DNA of 58,169 nt from a virus (lineage: Duplodnaviria; Caudoviricetes): IMG/VR virus record IMGVR_UViG_3300037258_000189, positions 1 through 58,169 of that record; one strand, written 5' to 3'. Position 1 is the stretch's first letter. Each line of letters begins with the position of its first letter. The notes under the pieces are model-generated. The model worked only from the letters and a program-made list of their open reading frames with translations, had not been told where the DNA came from and ran no database searches. The position numbers were made by a program, and so were the translations under genes. Positions 8,219 through 16,973 of this stretch are shown piece by piece.

Positions 8219-10384
8219 TCAGTTGACCACCACGTGGACCTTGAGTTGCCACGCGACCGTCGCGCCGGACGCGCCCTGCACCTGCACCAGCAGCATAGGG
8301 CCCGAGGCAACGATCGCCAGCGCGTAGCCGGCGCTTCCGGTCACCACCGGCGTGCGCACGCTGGTCTGGGCCACGCTGTCGAGCTGCGTTGCTGAGGGCG
8401 TGATCGGCGCGGCGCACAGGGCCGAGCCGCCGAGGCTGTCGGTGATCAGCTCGCCAGCCTGGAACGTCCCGGTGATGTCGATCAGGCCGAGCGTGCCGGC
8501 TGCTGTGGTGCCGCTCTTGGCCTGGATCAGCGCGACCGCGCCGCTGCTCTGGCCGGTCAGCACGGCCGGCACCGAGAACGCGCTGGTGCCCGAGGAATAT
8601 GGCAGCGCGGCGCTCGCCTGCGCGGCGCCGGCCATCTCCCAGAAGATCGCGTAGTCGGTGTTGTTCTCGCTCTTGGCGACCGCCTGCACGTGCACCAGGG
8701 CGTTCTGGCCCGGCTGAAGCTGCAACTGCCACGCGGTCGTGGCGCTCGCGTCGACCGTCACGCCGTCGACGATCGCCGTGTCGTTGGTGCGCAGCGTGGC
8801 GAAGACCGCCAGCGTGCCGGTGACGGTGGTCAGCGGGTCGAGGTAGCAATCCTGGAAAGTGACCTGGTTCTGCGGTGCCAGCAGGTTGATCGAGCAGCCG
8901 CGGATCGAGCTGTCCTTCACCCGCACGTTCTGGCAAGTGCCCCCGAAGATGCACTGGGCGCCGTTCACCTGATCGCCAAAGACCTGGCCGCCCTCGATCA
9001 CCACGTTCCGAATGGTGTTGATGCCGAAATACGCCGTGTTGGTCCCGTCCTGGATGCGCCAGTTGATCAGGCAGCTATCCCAGGCGCAGTTCTTCAGCAG
9101 CACGTCGCGCGCGCCGGTCAGGATCAGCGCCGCGCATTGGTTCGACTGGAACTGGACGCCCTGCATCAGGAGGTTTTCGCAGTAGAGGTCGAACACCTCG
9201 AACGTGACGCCGGTGGTCACGCACAGCGAAATCGAGCCGCCGAGCCACTGGATGTTCTGGCACGCCGTTCCGGCCGTGGTGAGCGAAGCGTCGCTGTCAC
9301 CCCGGAAGTCGGCGGCGTTGTTGCAGTTGGAGATGCTAAAGTCGGTCCAGATGCAGTCCTGCACGCCCTTGGCGCGAACGCCGCTGGCGAACCGCTGCAC
9401 CAGCACGTGCTCGAAGACGACGTTGGCGACGCCGGTCATGTCGACGCCGATGCTGCCCTGCGCCAGCACGACGCCGTCGAGCACCAGGTTGCGCAGGCCC
9501 GCGCCGTCGCCTCCGAAGGTGCAGACACTGGCGCCCACCTGGCACTGCAGCGACGTGGCGCTAAGGCCCTGGCCGCGCAGGATGACGCCCTGCGGCAGCG
9601 TGAAGGCGAGCACCGGGAAGGTGCCGGCGGGGATCGTCACCTCGCCGCCGCCCTGCGCGGCCGCAGCCCCGATCGCGGCCGCGAGCGTGGCGCCGTTCGT
9701 CGCCGCTCCCGCGGTCGCCGACCAGACGCCGAAGTTGGCCACGTGGACCGCGCGGTCGAGCCACGCGCGGAGCTGCACCGGCTGGGCGCCGCGGGGGGCG
9801 GACGCCATCGCGTAGGAGGCGTCGACGCCGTCGATCGTCGTCAGCGGCGGGTTGACGATGCCGGTCGTGTCGGTTTCGTTGATCAGCAGGTAGTAGGGCA
9901 CGTAGGTGTAGATCGGCCGCAGCCAGGAGCCGTAGGTGACGCCGTTGGCGTCGACCTGCGATTGCAGGATCTGCGGGTTCAGCGCCGGCTGCGTGAGCAG
10001 CACGTCGTAGAAGACGGGCGCGGGCTGGCTGGTGCCCGCCATCATGATCTGGACCTTGGCGCCGGAGTAGCCGGGGCGCCAGATGTCGAAGTCCGGGATC
10101 GCGAAGCCGAACGGCGGCAGACCGCCCGCAGGCTTCGCCAGGATGGTCGGCGGCTTGGTGCGCGGGATGCCGAAGGGCGACAGGGACGTGGAGGGTGTTG
10201 GCACCGGCGTCGCCTCAAAATAGATCGTTGAGCACAGGACTTCGAGGTATGTGCGCCCGAGCGCGCAGTGCGCGGGGAAGGTGCAGGCGACCGCCTCGGC
10301 ATACGCGCGGGCGAAGGCGACCGGCGTCGTGCTGGGCGTCGCGAGCGCCTCGAGCCATGCGCGGGTGATGAGGCCGGCGGTCAC
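8219..10384 (-). CDS. Tailspike with right-handed beta-helix (pectate-lyase-like) and N-terminal particle-binding domain
   Basis: 721 aa; ...AAIGAAAAQGGGEVTIPAGTF...LPQGVILRGQG beta-helix cap followed by Asn/Cys-ladder repeats. Confidence 0.7.
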   Translation of the reverse strand: MTAGLITRAWLEALATPSTTPVAFARAYAEAVACTFPAHCALGRTYLEVLCSTIYFEATPVPTPSTSLSPFGIPRTKPPTILAKPAGGLPPFGFAIPDFDIWRPGYSGAKVQIMMAGTSQPAPVFYDVLLTQPALNPQILQSQVDANGVTYGSWLRPIYTYVPYYLLINETDTTGIVNPPLTTIDGVDASYAMASAPRGAQPVQLRAWLDRAVHVANFGVWSATAGAATNGATLAAAIGAAAAQGGGEVTIPAGTFPVLAFTLPQGVILRGQGLSATSLQCQVGASVCTFGGDGAGLRNLVLDGVVLAQGSIGVDMTGVANVVFEHVLVQRFASGVRAKGVQDCIWTDFSISNCNNAADFRGDSDASLTTAGTACQNIQWLGGSISLCVTTGVTFEVFDLYCENLLMQGVQFQSNQCAALILTGARDVLLKNCAWDSCLINWRIQDGTNTAYFGINTIRNVVIEGGQVFGDQVNGAQCIFGGTCQNVRVKDSSIRGCSINLLAPQNQVTFQDCYLDPLTTVTGTLAVFATLRTNDTAIVDGVTVDASATTAWQLQLQPGQNALVHVQAVAKSENNTDYAIFWEMAGAAQASAALPYSSGTSAFSVPAVLTGQSSGAVALIQAKSGTTAAGTLGLIDITGTFQAGELITDSLGGSALCAAPITPSATQLDSVAQTSVRTPVVTGSAGYALAIVASGPMLLVQVQGASGATVAWQLKVHVVVN

Positions 10385-10388
10385 CTGA

Positions 10389-11480
10389 TCAGACCGTCAG
10401 CTTCGCGCCGACTTTGATCTTGCCGCCGACCATGTTCGAGGCGAGCCATGCGGAGCTGGTCGCGGGATCGAGCGCGCTGACGCTGCGCGTGGCGATCGGC
10501 GAGGTCGAGATGGCGATGTTCGAGTTGACCTGGACGGTGCTGCTCGACTTGAGCACGGTCGCCATCGAGCGGCCGCCGCTGTCCGTCTTGAACATCGAGG
10601 CGACCACCGTCACGCCGTAGACGATGCCGAGATTGCTCGGCAGGTCCTGCACGACGTAGGTGTCCTGCGCGTTCAGCGTCGAGCTTGAGTTGTAGTCGCT
10701 GGCGGGGACGGGAGGCACCAGCGCGGCGTTCTGCCAGTTCGCGCTCTCGCCAACCGGGGTGAAGGCGACGCTGTCGTTGCTGACCGGCTCGAGCGCGACC
10801 ACGCGCACGTCGCCGAGGAAGGTGTTGTTCGGGGACGATCCGGTCGCGTCGCACAGATATTCGTGCATCGTCCGCATAAAGACGCCGGTCGCGCCGCCGG
10901 TCGACAGCCACGCGATGGCGGAGACGAGCGTGCTCGGGGTGGCGTCCCATGCGTTCTGGCCCGTGTAAGTCATCACGGTTGCCGACTGGTTGCCTGGCCC
11001 CGCGCCGACCTTGATGGTGATCGTGCCGCTGGTGGCGCTCATGACGACGCCGATCTCGAGATAGAACCACGCCGCGAAAGGGAACGCATTGATCCCGGAT
11101 GTCGCCAGGAGAGCGGACGGGGCATAGATGCCGGTGTATCCGCCCTTGTATATCTTGAATACCCTTGTGGTCGTGGTGAACGATATCACGAACTGATTGA
11201 TGCCGTTCGGAGAAACGAACACCAGATACACGGCCTCGTCGGCGCCGTTGTTGTAGACGAAGAACCTCTGCCCCCAAAAGAACGTGCCCACTGAGGATGG
11301 CAGCGGGCGCAGGGCAAAATCCGACCCGTTCGTGTTCGTCACCTGAAGATAGTTGTCTCCGAGCGGGCCTCCTGTCTGGATCGACATCGTGACGGTGTCG
11401 GCGGTCGTCAGCTCGCCGTTGGCAATCATGTCGGCAATCGCCGTCGAGAATGCCCAGGATTGGGTCAGCAGGAGCGCCAT
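10389..11480 (-). CDS. Putative structural protein (beta-sandwich/lectin-like)
   Basis: 363 aa Thr/Ser-rich beta protein, WFYLEI motif, GGAG SD, inside tail operon. Confidence 0.45.
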   Translation of the reverse strand: MALLLTQSWAFSTAIADMIANGELTTADTVTMSIQTGGPLGDNYLQVTNTNGSDFALRPLPSSVGTFFWGQRFFVYNNGADEAVYLVFVSPNGINQFVISFTTTTRVFKIYKGGYTGIYAPSALLATSGINAFPFAAWFYLEIGVVMSATSGTITIKVGAGPGNQSATVMTYTGQNAWDATPSTLVSAIAWLSTGGATGVFMRTMHEYLCDATGSSPNNTFLGDVRVVALEPVSNDSVAFTPVGESANWQNAALVPPVPASDYNSSSTLNAQDTYVVQDLPSNLGIVYGVTVVASMFKTDSGGRSMATVLKSSSTVQVNSNIAISTSPIATRSVSALDPATSSAWLASNMVGGKIKVGAKLTV

Positions 11481-11517
11481 GCGGCCGGTCCTCCGTGTAT
11501 CGGGGTTCTGCCGCGGC

Positions 11518-12138
11518 TCAGACGATGACCGCGGTATCGCCCGCGCTCGGCGCGCCGGTCAGCGTGGTGACCGTGAGCTGGAATGTCGAGCCGTTGTAGC
11601 CGGTGATGGTGGCGCCCTGGCCGGCGAGCGCGCCGGTGATGAAGATCACCGTGCGGCCGTTGTAGTTGGCGCTTGTGGTCGACGACAGGTTGGTGTTGAT
11701 GACCGTGCTGCTCGATCCGGACTGCGCGGTGAACGGCACCGTGGCGAGCGCCCCCTGGCCCAGATTGGTGGCCGCCTGGGTCGCGCCGGCGATCGCCGCG
11801 GCGTTGACGCCCATCAGGCCGCTGCCGACCAGGCCGGCCCAGAAGTTGGCGGCAACTGCCATGAAGTCCTTGGCGATCGGCACTGCGGTGCTGAAGACGC
11901 CTTCGAGGGTGAAGTTGCCCGCCGCCGACACGTCGCTCGACAGCAGCGCCACGCTGTAGACGCCGCCCGCGACATGGGCGAACGTGCGCGCGCTGATATC
12001 CCCATAGGTCGAGCCTGCGAACAGCAGCAGGTTGCCGCTCGACGAGGTCAGCCCGGTCAGCGGCGTCTTGAAGTCGCTGTTCGACAGGAACGGCCCCATG
12101 AACACGGTGTTGCCCACGCCGGCCGGAATGATCTGCAT
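11518..12138 (-). CDS. Putative structural protein
   Basis: 206 aa from MQIIPAG (AGGAG SD); C-terminal YNGRTVIFITGALAGQ...APSAGDTAVIV fibre-like module. Confidence 0.5.
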   Translation of the reverse strand: MQIIPAGVGNTVFMGPFLSNSDFKTPLTGLTSSSGNLLLFAGSTYGDISARTFAHVAGGVYSVALLSSDVSAAGNFTLEGVFSTAVPIAKDFMAVAANFWAGLVGSGLMGVNAAAIAGATQAATNLGQGALATVPFTAQSGSSSTVINTNLSSTTSANYNGRTVIFITGALAGQGATITGYNGSTFQLTVTTLTGAPSAGDTAVIV

Positions 12139-12155
12139 CGAAAGCTCTCCTGGGA

Positions 12156-12488
12156 TCAGCCTGGGCTTGCGCCCCAGCCGGTTGTGGGTGGCGGATTGTT
12201 CGCGAGGTAGGTTTGCAGCACGCCGGCGCCCTGCTCGTGCCTGGCCGGCTGGCAGACCAGATAGACCGGCGCGTCGACGTAGACCGGCTGCGGCCAGCGA
12301 CCGCGCGCGGTCAGCTTGACCGGGTTGCCGAGCTGCGTGTCGCTCCATGCGTCCGAATAGAGCATCGCGAGCACCTGGGTCGGTGGCATCTCGCCGAGCG
12401 CCGTGTTCGCGAGCCACACGCTGATCCGGGCCATGCCGTAGATCGGGTTGTCGATCTCGAAATGGTTCAGCAGCATCCGGCGGGGCAT
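12156..12488 (-). CDS. Stand-alone tailspike particle-binding-like domain protein
   Basis: 110 aa; aligns by eye to the N-terminal domain of the 8219-10384 tailspike. Confidence 0.5.
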   Translation of the reverse strand: MPRRMLLNHFEIDNPIYGMARISVWLANTALGEMPPTQVLAMLYSDAWSDTQLGNPVKLTARGRWPQPVYVDAPVYLVCQPARHEQGAGVLQTYLANNPPPTTGWGASPG

Positions 12489-12494
12489 CGCGCC

Positions 12495-13565
12495 TCAGAC
12501 CCCGTTGTTGTAGCTGACGCGCCCGAGGCCGGCCTGCTCGTCTGCGTCGTAGGCCTCAAGCTCGGTGAGCAGCTCGTTGCCCTCGACCTTCATGTCGCGC
12601 ACCTCGTCCGCCGGCAGTTTGCGGACCGGCCCGTTGCCGACCTGGTGCGCGGTCAGGGTGACGATGCAGAGGTTCCACGTCTCGCGCAGCAACCCCATCC
12701 GCGTGCCGCCCTGCGCCGATACGAAATCCGGGCTGTAGGTCTGGAACAGCACCCGCAGCGTGTAGGTGTTGTTCCAGTCCGGGCACGGCGACACCTGCAG
12801 CGTCGGCCTGTCGCCCCGATCGATGTAGACGAAGCGCGGGCAACCGAACTGGGTGCCCGTGCCGCTCGGCAGGATCGGCGCCGGCGTGGGCGGCCAGTAG
12901 TAGGCCGGGTTCCAGAAGCTCGGCGCCATCGCCGGCAGCATCGGCGCGGGCGGGCTCGGAGTGAACGGCCAGGGCGACGGGGGCCAGCTTACGGGCGGCC
13001 ACGCCGCGAGCGGGTTCCACCAGGGCGGCGCGCTCGAGGGGGCGCTGGCGGGCGGAGAGGGCAGCCACAGCCAGTCCGGCGTCATGTCCGACGGCAGGCC
13101 GCTGCCGGAGCCGGACACCGGCAGGTCGACCACCTGGATGCTTTCCCACTCCTGCCGCCGCACGTGGCCGAGCCGGATCATCCCGTTTGGCTCGACCTGC
13201 GGGCCGACCTGGGTGTCGTCGGTCGCAGGAAGCCAGCCTGGCACGTTCGGGTAGGCGTCCGGGCCGCCAGCCCCGCTGGCGCCCATCCAGACATCCACGA
13301 CGGCCTGGATGCCGTCCTTGGCCTGCTGCGGGCCCAGAAGCTGGTTCAGGTCGTAGGACCACACCCCGGGCGTCAGGGTGACCATCGCCGTCTGCGGCAC
13401 CAGCCACCACGAACGCTGGCGCGCCGCGATCCGGCCCACCACCATGTCCAGCCAGTATTTCGTCTCTGTCACCTCGGCGTCGCGCGAGCCTGCCGACCGG
13501 ATCGCGGTCGCGCCGATCTTGCGAAGGGCGCGCTCGCAGATTTCGTTGACCGTCAGGACGCGCAA
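12495..13565 (-). CDS. Head-tail adaptor (P22 gp4-like) with Pro/Trp-rich insertion
   Basis: N-terminal TVNEICERALRKIG, LTPGVWSYDL and GCPRFVYID...LQVSPCPD motifs typical of podovirus adaptors. Confidence 0.6.
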   Translation of the reverse strand: MRVLTVNEICERALRKIGATAIRSAGSRDAEVTETKYWLDMVVGRIAARQRSWWLVPQTAMVTLTPGVWSYDLNQLLGPQQAKDGIQAVVDVWMGASGAGGPDAYPNVPGWLPATDDTQVGPQVEPNGMIRLGHVRRQEWESIQVVDLPVSGSGSGLPSDMTPDWLWLPSPPASAPSSAPPWWNPLAAWPPVSWPPSPWPFTPSPPAPMLPAMAPSFWNPAYYWPPTPAPILPSGTGTQFGCPRFVYIDRGDRPTLQVSPCPDWNNTYTLRVLFQTYSPDFVSAQGGTRMGLLRETWNLCIVTLTAHQVGNGPVRKLPADEVRDMKVEGNELLTELEAYDADEQAGLGRVSYNNGV

Positions 13566-13587
13566 CGGGGCGACCCTCCTTCTTCGC

Positions 13588-14109
13588 TCAGGCCGCCCGC
13601 ATCAGCATCCGCGCGGCGTCGGCGTCGTCGAGGTCGTCCATCTCGTGGTCAGCCAGGCTCTCGCCGGGCTTCAGCACGGCGTCCTTGGCAGTCTGCCGCT
13701 CGATCAGGAACTTGATCAGCTTCTCGCGGTGTGTGGTCGAGTTGAAGTACTGGCCGCCGCGCATCTGCGCCGACCGGGTCAGCAGAGCGTCCGTGGTCAG
13801 CTCGGCGAGGCTCGCGACCACCAGGTTTGGCGCCAGCACGGCCGGCAGGTTGCGGCTCTGCTGGCTGACCGTCAGCGGGGGCACTTCCTCGCCCTCGTCG
13901 TTCACCACCTTGAACGCCGGGTCCTTGAGGAAGACGCGCGCCTCCACCTCCGGCATGTGGCACGGCTCGTTGCAGCGCAGCGGCCACGAGACGCCCAGCC
14001 GGCTGTCGTGGTGGCGCGGCAGCACGCGCGAGTGGTCGTTCGGGTCGACGCTGCGGGCGTTCAGGTCGAACACCGCCCACTCGCCGGGCTCCTGCTTGTC
14101 CTTGGGCAT
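13588..14109 (-). CDS. Hypothetical protein (head region)
   Basis: 173 aa, GGAG SD, GC3-rich codons. Confidence 0.55.
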   Translation of the reverse strand: MPKDKQEPGEWAVFDLNARSVDPNDHSRVLPRHHDSRLGVSWPLRCNEPCHMPEVEARVFLKDPAFKVVNDEGEEVPPLTVSQQSRNLPAVLAPNLVVASLAELTTDALLTRSAQMRGGQYFNSTTHREKLIKFLIERQTAKDAVLKPGESLADHEMDDLDDADAARMLMRAA

Positions 14110-14138
14110 CGGTCAGTCTCCAGGGGGTTGGAACGCAG

Positions 14139-14167
14139 AAAACCCCCTCCTTTGCGGGGAGGGGGTT
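14139..14167 (-). terminator. Rho-independent terminator after capsid/decoration genes
   Basis: Minus strand AACCCCCTCCCC-GCAA-AGGAGGGGGTT followed by TT, ~9 nt after the stop of 14176-14937. Confidence 0.75.
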
Positions 14168-14175
14168 GCGGGAGA

Positions 14176-14937
14176 TCAGTTCACCGGCCGGCGGAAGTCG
14201 AACATCAGGAAGCCGCTGCCGCTCGCGGTCGAGGCCGCCAGCTTGTAGCTGACGTCGATCGCGGCCGAGACCACGTAGCCCTCGGGGATCGGCAGGGTCG
14301 AGCCGGTGCCGGCGACGGTCTTCAGCAGCGAGCCCATCGTCACGCTGCCGTAGGTGAGGCTCGCCTTGATGGTGCCAGCGGTCGCCGTCGAGATGCCGGT
14401 CGCAAAGCCGGTCGAAGTGCCCAGCACGCCGAACGCGATCGTCTCGCTGGCGCTGTCCACCACCACCACGTCGACCGCGGGGTCTGCCTCCACGTAGGCG
14501 TTCGCCGGCAACTGCCAGCCGGTGTCGAACTCGACGTTCGCGCCGGCCTGGGCGAAGCTGTAGGGGATCATCGCCGTCTGGTCGCGCTCGTTGCCGTCAA
14601 GGAAGAAGTTCGGCACGTCGCCCGGCGTGCAGCCTGGGCGGTAGAAGCACAGACCCTTGGTGGTGATGCCGGTGATGTCCACGCTGGGCGGCGCCGGCTG
14701 GCCGCCGCCGCTCTGCAGCACGGCGAAGCGCATCTTGCCTTCGACGATCGCCTTGGGCTGGGTGACCGCGGCGAAGTTGTTGTCCGGGTCGTAGATGGTG
14801 GCAAGCACGGCGGCGGTCGCGGCGGTGGTGCCGTTCAGGTTCAGCACGTTGAACACGCCGGCGTCGGTGATCGACTTCCCGGTGAACGACGACTGCAACT
14901 GGATGTCGAAGATGATGTAGCTGTTGGGCTGGGCCAT
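14176..14937 (-). CDS. Putative capsid decoration/structural protein
   Basis: 253 aa directly downstream of major capsid gene; strong AGGAGG SD; followed by terminator. Confidence 0.55.
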   Translation of the reverse strand: MAQPNSYIIFDIQLQSSFTGKSITDAGVFNVLNLNGTTAATAAVLATIYDPDNNFAAVTQPKAIVEGKMRFAVLQSGGGQPAPPSVDITGITTKGLCFYRPGCTPGDVPNFFLDGNERDQTAMIPYSFAQAGANVEFDTGWQLPANAYVEADPAVDVVVVDSASETIAFGVLGTSTGFATGISTATAGTIKASLTYGSVTMGSLLKTVAGTGSTLPIPEGYVVSAAIDVSYKLAASTASGSGFLMFDFRRPVN

Positions 14938-15038
14938 TTCTGTGCGCCTCCTGGCGCGCGATGCGAGGGCGAACCGTCCACGCGGCGCCCCGCGGCGAAG
15001 TCAAGCCGCGAGGCGCCGTCTCCGGATGGGAACCGGGG

Positions 15039-15833
15039 TCAGATGGTCGCGGCGCTCGCCGTGTAGAGATTGACGATCCCGAAGTCCTGCTTGGTATTGC
15101 TGTCCGGGATCGAGGTGAACTGCGGCTTCAGCATGCCGATGATCCGGCCGACGGCGATACCAGGGCGGTTCTTGTAGTCGTTCTGGTCCGCCTCCTCGTA
15201 TTCGATGTCGTTGATCGTGGCGAAGCCCATCGCCTGCGCGCCCATGAACAGCGCCTGCGCGCCGTCGACGGTGCCCGCCGCGCCCCACTTGCTGCCGCTG
15301 GCGAGGCCCAGGGTGGTCTGGACCTTGTTGTGTTCGTACAGCACCACGCCGTCGATCACGGCCAGGGCGTTGCGGAACAGCGGGTTGTCGTTGCCCCGCG
15401 GCGCCGCCCGGCTGGTCAGGGTCTGGTAGGTGGCATCGTTCTTCAGATCGCGGCACTGCTCGGTCGACAGCACCATCCCGTACCATTCGCGGCCGCCCGA
15501 ACGGATCGGCTTCATCCGCTTGCGCTTGGCGTAGGCCTGCGCGGCCACGATCATGTGCCACGCCATGGTGTCGGTCGCCTGCAGGGTCGCCGTGCTGGTT
15601 GCCACGTTGGCGAACCGCTGCCGCCCGCTCGAGGGCGCCACCACGTCGGCGGCGAACGAAAGCTGGGTGAGCTGGCTCGTGGAGGAGCGCGTCGAGCCGT
15701 CGTTGTTGTAGGTGAACGCGACACCGCTCGCCATCAGGAAGATCATCTGGTCGATCTTGTCGGCCAGCCAGAAGGCCAGCTTCTCGCGGGCAGTAGAACG
15801 AAATCTGATCACTGTCCGCTGCTCGGCCATTTG
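15039..15833 (-). CDS. Major capsid protein (N4-gp56/DUF4043-like), exon 2
   Basis: QMAEQRTVIRFR...ALFMGAQAMGFA...DYKNRPGIAVGRIIGMLKPQF...QDFGIV matches the N4-gp56-type MCP C-terminal part; in frame with exon 1 after intron removal (370 aa in total). Confidence 0.85.
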   Translation of the reverse strand, partial: QMAEQRTVIRFRSTAREKLAFWLADKIDQMIFLMASGVAFTYNNDGSTRSSTSQLTQLSFAADVVAPSSGRQRFANVATSTATLQATDTMAWHMIVAAQAYAKRKRMKPIRSGGREWYGMVLSTEQCRDLKNDATYQTLTSRAAPRGNDNPLFRNALAVIDGVVLYEHNKVQTTLGLASGSKWGAAGTVDGAQALFMGAQAMGFATINDIEYEEADQNDYKNRPGIAVGRIIGMLKPQFTSIPDSNTKQDFGIVNLYTASAATI

Positions 15834-16642
15834 CGTGTGTGTTCATGCGGGGACGCTAGTCCCGCACCGTCAGTCCCCAGCGGCGGGGCTGACTGCTGCA
15901 TGTTGCCATGCAGACCAGACTATATCTTCGGCCCGATTGCAGGTCGGGTCGCTCGGCACTTCGCGCCGCTTGGCGCTACGGGCATCACACCCTAGTCGTT
16001 GAACCTTCTCTGAGCAGGTGGGCACAAACCCCGCCGTTGCGGAATTTCGAGATGTTGCAGTTGTAGCAAAGGACCTGGAAGTTGGTCGGGAAGCCGTTCT
16101 TGACGATCCAAGCATACATGTGCTTGGCCCATCTGAGCGCCGGCTCATTGCGCCTATGCTCGTTCCCGTCGTTGTCGACGTGATCGAGGGTCAGCATCGA
16201 CCGCTCCGTCTCTCCGCAACACACGCACCGATAACCGCCGTAGTGCTCAAACACCTGATCCCGAAGCGCATACGTCCATACGCGGCGACGTCTGTTCTTC
16301 TCGACCTTGTGCTTGTGGTAGCTCTTGTTGACGATCTTTCGGGCTCTCTCGGGGTTTTCGTCCCGTCGCCTTTGTTCCTTCGCCGCATTCTTCGCGCGAT
16401 GGCAGGTCAGGCAGACATGCTGCCGATACTGCTTTCCGCGAAGCCTTTGGCAATAGACCTTGGCGAAATCTTCAAGCGGCTTCTCCGCGCCGCATGTCCT
16501 GCAAGTTCGAACTGTCTCAGAGCTTGGCTGCTGATTGTCTGCGTGATCTGACATGGGGCGACTGTGCCACATGCCCAACAGAGTTTCCAGCAATTAACCG
16601 AGTTATCACCTGCGCGTTGCCGCGCCGGGGGGCTTCTTACAA
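15834..16642 (-). ncRNA. Self-splicing group I intron (809 nt) in major capsid gene
   Basis: 5' exon ends in U within P1 (GGGU|UU-GUAAG-AAGCCC, U.G at splice site); P AAUUGCUGGAAAC (16583-16595); Q AAUCAGCAG (16528-16536); R GUUCAACGACUA (15993-16004); S AAGAUAUAGUCU (15917-15928); P9 CUGCAUG-GCAA-CAUGCAG; terminal G at 15834. Confidence 0.92.
15985..16554 (-). CDS. Intron-encoded HNH homing endonuclease with Zn fingers
   Basis: CRTC...CLTC N-terminal finger; CVCCGETERSMLTLDHVDNDG...FQVLCYNCN HNH core; lies mostly in the P6a loop (CUCUGAG...CUCAGAG); lower GC; start uncertain. Confidence 0.85.
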   Translation of the reverse strand: MSDHADNQQPSSETVRTCRTCGAEKPLEDFAKVYCQRLRGKQYRQHVCLTCHRAKNAAKEQRRRDENPERARKIVNKSYHKHKVEKNRRRRVWTYALRDQVFEHYGGYRCVCCGETERSMLTLDHVDNDGNEHRRNEPALRWAKHMYAWIVKNGFPTNFQVLCYNCNISKFRNGGVCAHLLREGSTTRV

Positions 16643-16960
16643 ACCCTTGCTGCGTACGCCGTGCCGAAGCTGGTCGATGTGGACGAGCACGCTGTCGTTG
16701 AACAGCGGCTCCTCGTTGCCCGACAGGATGTTGTCGCCGGCGATGCCGTCCTGCTGCAGGTCGGCCACCAACTGCATGATGCATTGGTCGCCGCGCTCGG
16801 TGCGGGTCAGCTCGGTGATGCGCTGGATGACGTTGTTCATCCCCGCGCCCACGAAGCCGTTGCTCATCCAGAAATTGGCGTCGCGGCCGGCGATCCAGAT
16901 TTCGGTCGCCCAGACCATCTTGCGTGCGGTGCTCAGGGCACCGAAGTCCGTCGTAGCCAT
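16643..16960 (-). CDS. Major capsid protein (N4-gp56/DUF4043-like), exon 1
   Basis: MATTDFGAL...IQRITELTRTERGD...GDNILSGNEEPL...IDQLRHGVRSKG; AGGAG SD. Confidence 0.85.
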
Positions 16961-16973
16961 CTGAGGCTCCTCG

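Noticed and set aside
15846-15866. TAGTCCCGC similarity to the origin iterons
   Set aside because: Single partial match that is part of an intron 3' hairpin; likely coincidence
15039-16960. Capsid gene as a pseudogene or two separate genes, or interrupted by an intein/IS
   Set aside because: Complete group I intron core and precise in-frame rejoining; in-frame stop excludes an intein; no transposase or terminal repeats
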